Shown in pieces: positions 12,566 to 25,787 of a stretch of 64,000 nt of DNA; position 1 is the stretch's first letter; each line of letters begins with the position of its first letter. The notes under the pieces were generated by a model. That model was not told the DNA's origin, searched no databases, and was given only the letters and a program-made list of their open reading frames with translations. The DNA is from Somniosus microcephalus (taxonomy: Eukaryota). The stretch lies in contig CM126224.1 in NCBI GenBank assembly GCA_052327205.1, forward strand, positions 40,052,001 through 40,116,000. The letters run 5' to 3'. The translations under genes were made by a program, and so were the position numbers.

Positions 12566-13326
12566 TACAAAGGGCGGCTGATCCAGTACCGCCCGTTTTA
12601 CTCCACCGCCCAAGATGAATTTCTCGGCCAACTTTTAAAAATTTACTAAGAAACTGACTAGTGTACACCAATATAACTAGCAAATGGTTCTGTATAGTTT
12701 TTGTAAAGTCATTTCCAGTTATTTAAAGCCAGGTTACTCACAGGTGGTGGACTAGACACTCTGATTAAAAATGCTTATCCTTTGCGATAAACCCATTTTC
12801 AGCTGTAGTAATCAAACTGCATGAAGTTACCACTCTTAAATAGATCAAGGAATATTTTTTTAACTTTTTTTTGGTAAAATTACGATCCAAGACGCTGCCC
12901 GATTGCGCTGGTTCCCAGCAGATTTTACGTTTGGCGATATGCAAACCTTGCGGAATAACTGGCGCAATTTGGGCCCGGATTGCTGATGCCGCCCAAAGCG
13001 GAAACTCCTGGCATATGTATTATACTTCGCTCGCACTTTTAACTTAATCTAATGTTAGATTCGGCACATCAGTAGTTGCATGTCCCATGACCGTGTTGCT
13101 TTGTCTAAATAACGGGTTAAAAGGGATAGGGAAGCGATTCATAGAATTGGAGAAGAAAGTACAGTTTGAATTTACATTTAACCATTTCCACTGGCTCTTC
13201 CCCAACAAGTTATGATAAAAATGTTCAACACTATCACGAGAAATTCCCGATAGATATTCACAATACAAGTACGCCCACCACAGCCTCTCCTGCCAAACAG
13301 ATTGCAGTTGAAAATAGTCCACAGTT

Positions 13327-13606
13327 AAAGAAAGAACTTGCATTTATATAGCACCTTTCACAACCTCAGGACGTCCCAAAGTGCTTTACAGGCAATTAAT
13401 TACTTTTTGAAGTGTAGTCACTGTTGTAATGTAGGAAACGCGGCAGCAGATTTTCCCTCAGCAAGCTCTCACAAACAGCAATGAGATAATGACCAGATCA
13501 TCTGTTGGTTGGGGGGATAAATATTGGCCAGGACACCGGGGAGAACTCCCCATCTATTCGAATAGCGCAGATGGGGCCTCGATTTAACGTCTCATCCGAA
13601 AGACAG
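13327..13606 (-). mobile_element. Deu-domain SINE (SacSINE1-like) fragment; another tail piece at 14048-14161(+)
   Basis: Reverse complement carries GTGTCCTGGCCAATATTTAT..GGTCATTATC..ATTGCTGTTTGTG..CATTACAACAGTGACTACACTTCAAAA and an L2-type GGTGCTATATAAATGCAAG tail. Confidence 0.7.
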
Positions 13607-14624
13607 TTAAGGAAAGAAAAATTTTCCGTTGAGCTCAGGTTGTAAGTTGACAATGAAAATTGGAAAGAAAAAGATCTAAATAAAATATTTAAGCCAATAC
13701 CTGGGAGGGATTTACAGGCAGAGATCTAATTGAAGGGTCACAATGATGTCAGTTCATATCTGCCATCTGATATTAGATTACAGCTTTGATAATACTCCCT
13801 GGTGCTTGTTTTTATGATATATTCTGTTTTAGTTGCAGGGTGGGTATCCATTTTCTGTGCCTGCAATGGGTGTCAAGAGTCACCTTCACCTATCAAAGCA
13901 CTGTATGGCTCTAATAGGCAATGATATTAATCAGAAGATTAAAACTGTGATTTTTATCAATGCCCGTTTCATTGAAATAAAATGTGCAGCTAATTATCAA
14001 GAAGTACTTCGTCCAGTTTCCATTTTAACCCTCGCTGTGTCACTCACGCGTTTCCGACATTACAACAGTGACCACACTTCAAAAGTACTTCATTGCCTAT
14101 AAAGCGCTTTGGGACGTCCTGAGGTTGTGAAAGGCGCTGTAGAAATGCAAGACTTTCTTTCTCATCAGGGTACGACTTTGCTGCTCAGGCTGCTGGTAAA
14201 TGGTCGGGCTTCTCTATATGATGTGAGCAGATCAGTGTTCAGACTGTTTGACCTCAAATAGCTGGAGGGAAAAAAAAGGATCTCTGTAGTTGACTTTCAG
14301 CCAAAGTCCAATTTTCTAAGATGCACCAGTGGTGTCCTCCAGCTCCAATACAATCCCAGATGGTAATTTAAACACTGCAGTTTGGGAGGTGAAGGCAGCT
14401 CAGCCCAGCAGGTCTTGCAATCACTGGCCAATGTGGACTTCCACAGCCAATGGGGAAGGTACGATAGCCAAAAACAAAGTCAGGAACTATGGCATAAAAA
14501 CTATTCAAGCAGTCTTTTCTCTGTCGTTGTGCTTGCTATAGAATCGAATATAAGAGGCACAGTTTCCACAGTACCGGGACTCTGAGGCAGTACTGTTCCT
14601 TGAAGGAGCAGCCCATTAGACTTT

Positions 14625-15312
14625 GGCCTAGAAATTCATTTTGGGGCGCCCAGCTCGCCTGGGCACCGGAATTACCGCTGCGCGCGGATCCACTTGCGCA
14701 AGCGGGATATTCAGTGTCAGCGCACCAAGTGGAAGGCGGCCGCTAAGCAGGGGTTTCGGCACCCCGCTTGGGCGCTGAAACTGATTATCGGCGCGCTAGT
14801 GGCCGCAGCGCCACCCGCAGCGGAGCGGCAGGCTGCGGTACTGCAGGCCTTCCTCCCTCTCTTAAGGGGGAGGTGCCTGCAGCAGCCGGAGCCCCGATCG
14901 CGAGCAAAAGAGCCTGGCAGAACGGAGAAGTGCCGGGCTCCCGGAAACCAGCCGGCAATGCCGCGGGGGGGGGGGGGGGGTGGAGGAGGCCGGGGAAGGA
15001 GGTGCGGGCAGGCGGCCGCCGAAAAAGCGGCCGGCCGCACCTCCACTTTAATTACCGCCACTACCGCCACAGGTAGGCCCTGTGTACCGGTCGCTGTTTG
15101 CGGCCGGCGCTGAAGAGGCGGGCGCGACTTAATATGGCGTTCTTCGCGGAAACGGGGCGCTGCGCACACCGATGACGTCATCGGTGGCGGCGCAGCGCTA
15201 CAGCCTAACACCGCCATTAGCGCACCGCTGAATTTCGCCGGAAGTTTGCAGACTGGCACAAAAGCCCTCTTTGGGCGCAAACTGGTGGCGCAGGCCACTG
15301 AATTTCTAGGCC
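14625..15312. mobile_element. GC-rich Harbinger-type MITE
   Basis: Perfect 14-bp TIR GGCCTAGAAATTCA / TGAATTTCTAGGCC; TTT on both flanks; CpG-rich interior. Confidence 0.82.
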
Positions 15313-15324
15313 TTTGTATTCTAA

Positions 15325-15537
15325 CATAAAAACAGAAAATGCTGGAGAAACTCAGCAGGTCAGGCAGCATCTGTGAAGAGAGAAACAGGGTTAACGTTTC
15401 AGTTCTAACGAAAGGTCACTGACCTGAAACGTTAACTCTGTTTCTCTCTTCACAGATGCTGCCTGACCTGCTGAGTTTCTCCAGCATTTTTTGTTTTTAT
15501 TTCAGATTTCCAGCATCTGCAGTATTTTCTTTTTGTA
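15325..15537 (+). mobile_element. Penelope-derived fold-back element with a degenerate hammerhead ribozyme
   Basis: ~78-bp inverted arms (15325-15402 / 15424-15500); 12-bp TSD TTTGTATTCTAA (15313-15324, 15538-15549); hammerhead-shaped motif 15401-15437 with CTAA in place of CTGA. Confidence 0.8.
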
Positions 15538-15692
15538 TTTGTATTCTAATACTTTTGGAAACAATCTCATTGATCATTGTAAATCCGTTAACGCATCTCC
15601 TCACAAACAACACCTCCTTTTCTGTCTCAAGAAGACTCAACAAACAGATTAGACTCAGCAAATAAACAGCTTAGACCAGTCACAAACACATT

Positions 15693-17555
15693 GGCCCCGA
15701 TTTTCTGCCAGCTGTCGGGCGGCTTTTCAGGTGGCCAGGGGCCGAAAAATCGCCGAAAAAGTGGGTCGCGACCCCCCCGCCTGATTCCCCGCCCCGTCTG
15801 ACTTTCGGACCACCGTTTCTCTGCGACCCGCTTCAGTCCCGCCCGCCGCTGGCGGGACTGGCCGTCGGAACACTAATGAGCAATTATTACCTTGTTTAAT
15901 TCGATTTTCAGGGGCCGTTGCGATTTTGGGGCTTTCCCCACATCAAACACGCCTGCGGGGAACCCCACTGATGAGACCTGGCGTGAAGCTTGCCGGCTTG
16001 CTTGCTGTCAGCTGCAGGTCATTCGGGAAAGCTGCGATTTAAAGGGACAGCACTTGTATGTTGAAGGACCTTGTTCTTGCAGGTTTGGGGCTACTTCTTC
16101 AAGGCTTGGGCACAGCTGTGGAAGGTTGGAGCCTCACACACTTCTCCAATGCGATCTCCTGGGAAGCCCCTCTCGCCACCCTCACTCAGCACTTCCTCAG
16201 CGGAGGCATCTACCAGAAGCATGGGACGCCTTTTTTTCCTTCCCTTCTTGCCATTAGAGGATCTCCAGCAGCAGAGGAGGCAGCAGCAGAACCAGGAACA
16301 GCAGGATCAGCAACAGGAGCACCAGGCTGCTGCTCACTCACCTGAAGCTGCACAGGCCAGAAGGGGCCAACGCTTGGAAGTGGCTTGAGAGCACCTTGCT
16401 GCGCTTTAGAGGGCCATGGGGACCCGTATCTGCACTGGCAGTCCTACTCAGAAGGACTTCCATGAAGGTCTGGTTTCTCTGTTCAATAGATGGCCAACGC
16501 TCCTCAAGAGATGTCATTCTCTTATGAGCACTCACCATGTTTTCCGTACCCTGGCGAGTTATCTCCTCCATGGAGCTTGCCAACCTTTCCATGGTGATGT
16601 GTTCATGCGCCAATGACTCCACAAAGGCTCTGCTCATGGTCGCTATGGACTCCTCCATTCGCTCCACACTCGCAGTGACCCTGGAGACAAAACCTGCCAG
16701 AGACTCCTGCATCTGTGCATGGAGATCCATCACCTCTTCTCTTGCGGATGGACCCAGAGGCAGAGGGTCGACATGCAGCGCAGCTGAGCTGAGCTGGCAG
16801 AGTCCTGCGCCCTCCGACGAGGACTCTCCACTGCTGTCCCTGTCTCCAGAATCTGCTGAGGCTCACTTGTGAGCTGTGAAACACCAGGTGACAACACTAC
16901 TCTATGTCCCGAAGGTCCCCCCGAGGTGTGAGTGTCTGCGCTGGTGCTGGGTGCGCTTACTTCTGGTGACGCTGCGCCCTCAGAGGCTGGAGCTTCCTCT
17001 GAGGAGTCTGGCTGCACAGTGAGGACGGGGGCTCTGGATGGTACTGTGGGGGAGTAAAGGAAGGAGTTAGAGATGTAATGCCAAGGTTCTTCTGGTGACT
17101 CCCAGCGAGTTGGCATCTGCTGACACCTGCATCCATGCAGCATTGGTCTCAGTGGGAGGCCTCTTCCTCGCTGACCTAGGGAAGAGGACCTCCCTGTGGG
17201 CCCTAACCCCATCCAATAATGCCTGCAGTGAAGCCTCGTCGAATTTGGAGGCAGCTCGACATCTGGCACTGGCCACAGCTGCTGTAGGCTCCTCTGCCAT
17301 CCTGTATGGTTCGTTTGGAAGCCTTCAGAGGATGCAGAGCTTGCTATGGACCTTGAAAGCACCACAAATGATGACATCATATTGTGGGGCTTTCTGACTA
17401 GAAATGGACAATTAGCAAGGCTGCCCACACGCTGGAAATTAATTGGCCACTTGAGGGAAAATTGCGTGGAGCTGGCTGACACATTTTTTTGTGTGTCAGA
17501 ACCCCACATTCGGGGAAACCCGACCATTTCCCACACAATCCACAAAATCAGGCCC
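15693..17555. mobile_element. Internally deleted PIF/Harbinger transposon
   Basis: TIR GGCCCCGATTTT / AAAATCAGGCCC; 3-bp TSD ATT (15690-15692, 17556-17558); contains a Myb/SANT-like gene remnant on the - strand. Confidence 0.82.
16338..17300 (-). pseudogene. Harbinger Myb/SANT-like (MSANTD-type) DNA-binding protein gene remnant
   Basis: MAEE..RAASKFDEASLQALLDGVRAHREVLFPRSARKRPPTETNAAWMQVSADANSLGVTRRT matches the trihelix/Myb-SANT pattern F...L..L...V......LF...........W..V...N; third helix lost; CTAAC + pyrimidine tract + CAG acceptor at ~17044; then S/T/P-rich linker and heptad-like region (16338-16733) with a frameshift. Confidence 0.75.
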
Positions 17556-17607
17556 ATTGTTTCCATAATTGTCTAAAAACCCACTTCAAGGGTGACACAG
17601 TAGTTTC

Positions 17608-17925
17608 TACATAAGAACATAAGACGTAGGAGCTGGAGTAGGTCATTTGGCCCCTCGAGCCTGCTCTGCCATTCAATAAGATCATGGCTGATCTGATCTT
17701 GGCCTCAACTCCACTTCCCTGCTCGCTCCCCATAACCCTTGACTCCCTTACCGTTCAAAAATCTGTCTATCTCCACCTTAAATATATTCAATGACCCAGC
17801 TCTCTGGGGAAGAGAATTCCGAAGATTCACGACCCTCTGAGAGAAGAAATTCCTCCTCATTTCCGATTTAAAAGGGTTTCCCCCTTATTCTGAAATTATG
17901 CCCCCCCTAGTTCTAGATTCCCCCA
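17608..17925 (-). mobile_element. CR1 LINE 3' fragment
   Basis: Reverse complement of the CR1 3' UTR (ACATAAGAACATAAG tail) and ORF2 end. Confidence 0.88.
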
Positions 17926-20505
17926 CGTGGTTGCCGAGTGTCTCGGGACATGTGTTTTTATCCTCAGCCTTAAATGCGATTCAGTAAATGTAATCATTCC
18001 CGCATAAAAAAATGCGAGGAACCCCACTGTCCTGAACTGACTTGATCTGGAATACAGAAATAAAGCAGCCGGAGGAGGGGAGCGGGGTGAATGGAGGACA
18101 GCTGGGGCGCCTGCCCAGCTCTTGTCACCGAAGCAAACACATGATAGATTCCCAACAGCAGCATTTTGCTAGGGCACGGTACCTGCATATTGATGTGTTT
18201 CTTTCTAAATAATCTTCCTGCGTAAATCATACATCATGCTCATTTTCTCTGTCCCCTCCCTATACTGAGAGTTAAGTATACCCTTTCTAATTTCATAGCC
18301 TCTCATTACTTCAGCATTCTAAAATTAAGCTGTTTTTGCTCAAATAATTTGAATGAATTCCGAGAAAGTACATCTTTGTTAACTGTGTTCTGTAATTGTG
18401 TTTGGCTTTGCTCGAGGCACAACTTGCCCATGTAAACACAGCTACTGGGCTACTGTGCCATCCTGTGCACTCCCTTGAACAGCGAGGCTGTCTCTTGGCT
18501 GCTCCTTGTATAGCTGCCAAGCCGCAAGTCAGCACTCTGAGTCTGTGGAAAACAGCCCTTGGAACACTTATATATTATAGAGTACTTACAAAGGAAAATT
18601 ACTCAGTTCCTCCAACAAAAAAAACCCCTCATGTTCCTAATGAATTTTACTACAAGTGTCACAATATTTATTGCTCAATTTTTATGTTTTTTTGGCCCCC
18701 TTGAGGGCAAATAATGTGGTACAGAAAACAAAATTGTAACCATGCACTAACAAGACCACGGAAAAGGAAAGCACTCGTGTGTATGTGGCGGTATGGCGGA
18801 GCAGCCACTGGTGATGTCACAGAGTGCTGGCCTGTGGATCCGTGCGTGTAATACTCTCAAGCGGCCGAAATTCACCTGGGGCAGTAGCGCGAAGCAGGCG
18901 GAATCGCACGGGCCGCCTCTCGTACCCCCTGCTCGCAATGGAGTATCGCACCAGGGTGCACAACAGGCAGCCAATACGGTATTGCCTGTCTCGTGCGACC
19001 GTCCAAGACGGAATTCTACCCCTCCAATCCCTGGAGGGGTTCTCCCAATCTCATCTGCGTGGTAGTGGGGAGGGGGATAGAAATCGTGCGGGCTAAGGGA
19101 GGGTTGGCGAGGGTTTCCCCCTGAGCTGGTAGAGTGTGCAGCCTCTTGAGAGCAACTTTTTCAGAGAAATGGGATTGCCTCGTGACTTGGATACGTTTGA
19201 GCGCTGCTCAGGTAAACCAGCAAGGGGGTGGGTGGGGTGGAGATAGGTGGATAGGTAACTGAAAACAATCCTGGATTTAAAAAAAAAATGGGGGTTCATA
19301 ACCTCACAATAAAGAAAAAGTAGCATCTGTGTTTAATTAGAAGCACAGTAGCCAGTGGTAGTTAAAAAGTACTTGAAGTGGAACACAGCTGTAAATTTTT
19401 TAAGGGAGGAAACTCCTCGCACGCAGTGTCTCCGATTTAAGCAAAGAACAGCCCGGCTGAGGACAGCTTGAGAAGTCCCTCCAGTACGACCCGAGACAGA
19501 CCGTAACCCAGTGCAACGCAAAGCGCTGATGACAGCCTACATGCGGTGCTGATTAGCAGGCAGCAAATACTTAGCAGGAAATATTTGAAAGCAAATTATT
19601 AATGTCATCAGACTTGCACTGAATCTGATCTTTTTGCTCCAAGTCTCACCCTTCCCTATGAAATGTACCAGAAGAGCTTTGACTTCAGTCTGAGGTGAAA
19701 CCTTTAAGCAAGGGGACTCTCACCACCGGGGCCCCTTTTTGGAAGAGAGAGTCTCGCCATGAAGACAGGCTAACCTTCTATTTTTTTGTTCATTTCGGTC
19801 TAGTTCTGTTTTTCTTATTCTTCTATAAACATTGAGGGCTTTTGACCATAGCAGGGGAATTGGCTGGAAGGAGCCTGACTGTACGAAAGAGCTGAACTAA
19901 CAGCAGCAAAGAATATCCCACCCAGCTCCCCCAATGGATCAGTTAATAAGCGAGTAACTCAGCTGCATAGATTAGGGAGATCCAACTTTTCATCCGCAGT
20001 CTGTGCTGAGTTAAGTGATGTCAGCTAGGTCGGTAGAAAGAGCGTTATGATTGGCCACAGCTCCCAAGCAAGGACATGTTGAGGAGGGGGTTGGTGGGGG
20101 GGGGGGGGGGGCGGGGAGGGGAAATCAGCTTGGGTTTGCGGCCCCTGATTGCTATCACCTAAAGGGGAGATTCGGTGATTTGGCAATTCCAGCAGGGAGC
20201 AGAAATGGGAGCGATCACGTTGAGGGCACAAGGCCAGTGACTTTCTGTCCATTAACCTCATTAATTTTAATGAACAGAAGATCGCTGGCCAGTCGCAAGC
20301 GGTTTCCACGATGTGCTTGCTACAGGTCCCACTCCCGGCTGGGTGCTCCACATCACAGAATCACCTCTCAAGAGCTAACTTGTGAAAAGCGGTTCAATAA
20401 ATGGAATCGTAGTCCCACCTTACAGAAAAAGACCCGTCTCTGTGGGTACAACAGACATAACAATGTTCCTCCAGCTTTCCTTTATCACAAACAAATCTAT
20501 CAAAT

Positions 20506-20723
20506 ATAAACATAGAAAATGCTGGAGATACTCAGCAGGTCAGGCAGCATCTGTGAAGAGAGAAACAGAGTTAACGTTTCAGGTCGATGACCTTTCTGAC
20601 GAAAGGTCATCGACCTGAAACATTAACTCTGTTTCTCTCTTCACAGACGCTGCCTGACCTGAGTATCACCAGCATTTTCTCTTTTTATTTCAGATTTCCA
20701 GCATCTGCAGTATTTTCTCTTTT
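20506..20723 (+). mobile_element. Penelope-derived fold-back element with hammerhead core
   Basis: Near-perfect palindrome centred at ~20598; 14-bp TSD CAAATCTATCAAAT / CAAACCTATCAAAT (20492-20505, 20724-20737); CTGACGA-A-AGGTC-ATC-GACCT-GAAACATT-AACT at 20596-20628. Confidence 0.8.
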
Positions 20724-23700
20724 CAAACCTATCAAATGCTCGTCTCAAACCTGTTCTGTAAAAGGGTGCTATGACTTTAAATGCATCTGATCTTGGCTCT
20801 CTGCTCGAAAGTAAAGGTCTAGCTATGATGGCCTCCCAACAGTCACCTAGTCTGCCATGGGTCACTGTGTGGAGATGGGCATAGTGCTGAGTGGTACCAT
20901 TCCTCAGAATGAATCGGCACCACCCAAGGAAGGGAGGGAAAAAAAGTTCAGCCCAGGGTGCTTCACCAATTCAATTGCCACCCCCTGCCCCACCCCCCAC
21001 CATACCAGCTCATTCACAGGACATGGCGCACCCATTCTTTCCAGATAGTTCACTAGTATTAACAAAAACATTGAAAGTCAACACCAAAATAAGCATCTAC
21101 AATGGACAGAGAAAAACAAAATGCTATTAAGAGTTAATTCTAAATTCTTTGTAAGTGTCTTTTTTGAAAGGTTACTAACTGTGACATCTTTAAAACAAAT
21201 AAACATACAAATCTGATAGAAGGAACTTCCCAATATCAGCAGGTCTGAATTTGTTAATGTGGCTGGTAATGGTGCAGTCGTTACTGTTTAGTGGGGAGAC
21301 AGGTCAGAAGCTGTTTTTTTCTCACCTTAACGCATTGAACACAATTCCACTGCCCAATCCTTCCGAGAGTCACTTTTCTTACCGTTATTTAAAAATTAAA
21401 ATATGATTCTTCGATTTCTCTATTTTTGATTTAGGCAAATAGGTTCCCATTAGCATTTGGTAGAACACTGCAATTTACCGAATTCGTATCTTGTATTCAG
21501 TAACGTTGATTAACCCTTTGTGTAACTCTTTGCCTATATGGGACATTACACCACAGAGATACTCTCTCAGATAAATCCATGTTAAAAATTTGCAACCCAA
21601 TGGGAGAACTGGAGGCCAATGTGGTGACCATTCAAATACATTAGTATGTGTTACCTTTGTTGCTTGCACCCTCTAATCACTGCGACAGTGGTGCAGTGCC
21701 AGCCATACAATTGCTAAAGGTTAGCATTTACATAAAATTGGGAATTTCCAGATTACAGCCCTTTAGGGTTGGAGCACCAAGATTTGGCACGACATAGTAG
21801 CTGGGCAGATATAATGGCTTTGCTGCTGATTTGGATTGAATTGCATTTGTCTGGAAGGGGTAGCAGAGGGAAGGACAAGAAAGGGTTCTGGAAATAGGCA
21901 CCAGCTGGCAGGACAGTGGATGAGGAGGGAAGCTTAGAGGGAGGCAAGATTGAGCACTTAAAGAGACATGTAAAAACACTACAGTCTGGTCTGAATGGGA
22001 TCAGTTATTTTCCTAGCTTTGTGCAGTGTTCAAAGCACAGGGCAACAGTACAGAGGGGCTGAACTTTTAACTCAATAAAAATAAGCTGAGGTCAGAAAAG
22101 AAATCAAAAAATCAATCCGTATTGATCAATTCACCAATAACTTAACTGAGTGTTGCCTAAACTCATTTCAGTTAAGACCCTTAGCTGTCATCAGGGAGAG
22201 GAGTAGAATTACCCATCTTTTAATGGATTAGATTTAAACCCAAGTCCAGGGCTGAAAGGATAATGTTTGAAGATAACAAAAAAGCTTTCCTCTTATGTAT
22301 ACTTTTTATGAATGAAATTTTTGAGAAATGGATACAGCTCATTAATCTGTTAACTCAATCTGTTGTTCTTACTATGTTCCTCATCAGCCACACAGACTTG
22401 TATCAGCTTTTATAAAGCTGCATTGTCCTTGGTGCAGCTTGATGTTCTATTGTGTTGTCCCACAGAGTGGATAGATGCACGCTGGCATCTAAAATTCCCT
22501 AGGGGACAAGTAAATGGTCTCACTCAGGTCTTGGGGAGAGGAAGGGGGGCGGCGGTGCGGGCAAGGGCAAAACACGATGGACTGCTTTCAACAGCTGAGT
22601 GCCGACTTTGGCACAAACTGCTAGCAGGTTGCTTACTCTGCCTTGCTCAGCAAGGGAACATTTTGTGATCTGAACAGACCTAAATCAAGGGGATTGAAAA
22701 CGTTGTTGGCAGCTTTACAGACAGATATGTGTAGTGTGCTGACACTGAGCAGCTGACTTTATCTGGTTAGGTTTACCAACAAAATTTGTACCTTTTCCTC
22801 ATGTTAAAGTTTATGCCTATGATATGCTTGCATTTATCGCAGCGCTGTTTCAAACTTGAATTTTCAAACCTGCCCTCCCCAGAAATTAGTGAGCTCGTAA
22901 ACTCTGCCACACAGAAACACCTTGGCTGATTTTTCCCCTCTGCAGCCTGAGAGTGCTGATGCCAGATATGGTGCCCTTAGTGCCATCCTGGCCAAGATCA
23001 GCTCTCCTAGCACAAGCTGGGCATCAGATTTGGGACATTCCTGGGCTCTGTGGCTCAGCCACATATCAACTGCCCCAATAGGGGAACTTTGGCATTTGCT
23101 AAGTTCATTACACAGGGAGGGATGGTAAACAAACTCAGTGTTCTTAGTCCAGACAGCAGATAAATAAGAATGTTTCCCATTTATATTGCTGTTATGCATA
23201 CTCTTAATACTGGCAATGTAACTAAATGCCATAAAGAGAAAATTGCAAATTGCAATATGCATTGCAATCAAGATATAATGCTTGATTTGGTAAGCAGCCA
23301 AAACAAGCACCATATCGGACAGAGTACTGCAGCTGATGTCAGGTCCCTGAGGGTTTTTAAAATAAAAATCGATTTAGTTTGTCCAACGTTTGGTAGCAGA
23401 AACTTTCATTGTCATTATATCGTATTGAATGTTGAAGGGTGACAAGAATTCTACCATTTCAGGCCATGTTTTCCATAATTCTCCACCAGCAAGGCTGTTT
23501 TACCCAGATTCAGTGAGGACTCCTGTGCAACTCATTATCATGACAGTATTGAATGCTGAAAGGTTACGAAATGCAGGCACCTTTGTGATCCTGTGCCACT
23601 GAGACTGACTGCGGAGGCTCCCGTTGTCCCAGATATGTAACCCTTCCAGGCTCTCACTCTCTCACTTCGTACAGCTGCTGTGCCCATGTTCTCAGATTCT

Positions 23701-25787
23701 CCCGTTGCCATGGACACATGACTCTTCCAGTCAGCTCGTAACAATTACGAGGAGGGAAGCTGCAATATAAGCCAAACCTGAGCTCTCCGACATAACTTGA
23801 GGCGAACAACACAGGCAGGTGCAAAATACCATTCAATGCAATGCGGTTTTAATATTTTGAAATCGAGCGCTACAAGCAGAACCTCCTGTGCTTTGATAAT
23901 AAGAATGTGTAGAACACAAATGGCCTCAGACAAGGACCACAACATGCTATTAGTTTAACCATATTTACAGCTTATCAAGAGATGCCTGTAAAAATTCTTC
24001 AAAGCAACCACGCACACAAAAAAAATCATTGTTCAGCAAAAGTGGATTATAATAGATTCTGCTTTTCTAATGCGGAACATAATCAATAAGCTCAGACCAT
24101 CGTGTAACATGCGCAAAAGGCATTATTAAATTTGAGGCTGAACAGGAGCAATGTTCTTTTGAAGTTCTGAAGGAAAAGCACTGTTGCTTTTTGGAGTCCC
24201 AAAGCACCAATTGGCATGGGAATTCTCAAGTGGCCGTACCACTGAGAAACCCCGATTGTCTCTGGTGGTGGAACAGCTTTCGGAGCGGTTGACATCCGAG
24301 CAGTTGTGGCACTAGGTCTTCTGTAGGTCATCTTACCTCATGGGAAATGAATTCCTTTGTCAACTTTCCTTTGCAAATCAAATGCATCCTTTATGCCGTG
24401 ACTCTCTGTCGTGGTGTTCACTGTACTGGTGATAAAAGTGCAGTGTATCCACACTAGCGTGGCCTGGTACTGGTGAAAAGTGACATTATTAGCAACATGT
24501 ATCCGCATTGTCGGCACTGCAAATGGTACCATTCCAAAGTGCACCTTTAATTTGTTTTTATTTTGAACTGAGGTGGTGTCCTATGTGGCCATTTTATTTT
24601 TACAGGTGAAATAAACTGACTCCATTGTGATCGTTTGTAATCATAAGATTCTCACCGGTGTGCAGAGGTGACCAAATAATGGCCTAGGCCCATGCTTGAG
24701 TGGGCCTCCACGGTGGTGGGCTTTCCATCTCCTGCTCCACACTAATGTGAATGAACATGACCATGGCTCCCTGCTCAACACACTTTTGGCACCGCACATA
24801 CAGGTGCGCTGCATCAGCAGTGAAGAATAAAATACGGCGCTCGTTACAGGGCTGCGATCAAAATTAAGAGGCGGGGGTGTGGTGGGGTGGGGGGGCATTG
24901 CTGTTCAGATGACCTTGTAAAGCAGAAGAGCAGAGATCACCTGGTTTATAATCATCTGAAAATCCAGGGGTAACTTACACCTAACCCACCTGGCAGGAGA
25001 TGGACAGGATTGGGTTGCCTGCCCATTTTACACTCCCGCCTCATGTTACTTTGTTCATTCCAATAGTGGCTGACCTGATTCTGTCGGTTTCCTGGCCAAT
25101 TGGTCCCCCTCAGTGTTAGATTACAATCTCCGTATTGCGCCATTCGGTTTCTATGGGGTTTGACATTTTGAGCCATGTTGGCGCCGCTGAGGGTTGACAT
25201 CATGTCATATCCTTGAAGCTCGAGAGCATTAATGATCTACCACCTCCAGGAAAGGGTATCAGTGACTTGTGACACCCGCTGTTAATTGGCTGCATTCGCC
25301 AGAGCAAGTGGGTGTTTGACGAGCAGGAATATCAAGATACGCTCAATTGAGCAATACAGAGGAATATCATAGTTTGCATATCATTTTTTCTCTAAACCAA
25401 ATTGAAATTATTAAATTACAGTAAAAAAAAACTGCAAATGCTGTGAATTTGAGAGAAAATCCTGGAAGCAAAACGTCAGTCAGCACATGAGAGAGAAAAG
25501 ATAGGCTAACATATTGCAAGGCTATGGGGAAAGAGCAGGGGAATGGGACTAATTGGACAGCTCTTTCAAAGAGCCAGCACAGACATGATGGGCCAAATGG
25601 CCTTCCTCTGTGCTGTATGATTCTGTGATTTTGGATGGATTCATTCATCAGATGCCCATGGGGATGAACTCTCGTTATCAATCATGCAGCTCACTTGTTT
25701 AATAAAGCTCCTCAAATACCTCAGGTACATTATGCGGCCATTATACAATTCCAAAACACAAATATCCTTCTGTGAATCATTCGTATC

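Noticed and set aside
14694-15370. Long overlapping ORFs (139-217 aa) and CpG-island-like composition
   Set aside because: Stop-poor GC-rich MITE bounded by TIRs; no recognisable domain; not a promoter island.
16730-17566. 278-aa ORF as an intact gene
   Set aside because: Runs through a transposon terminus, an out-of-frame Myb exon and an intron remnant; only part reflects the decayed Harbinger gene.
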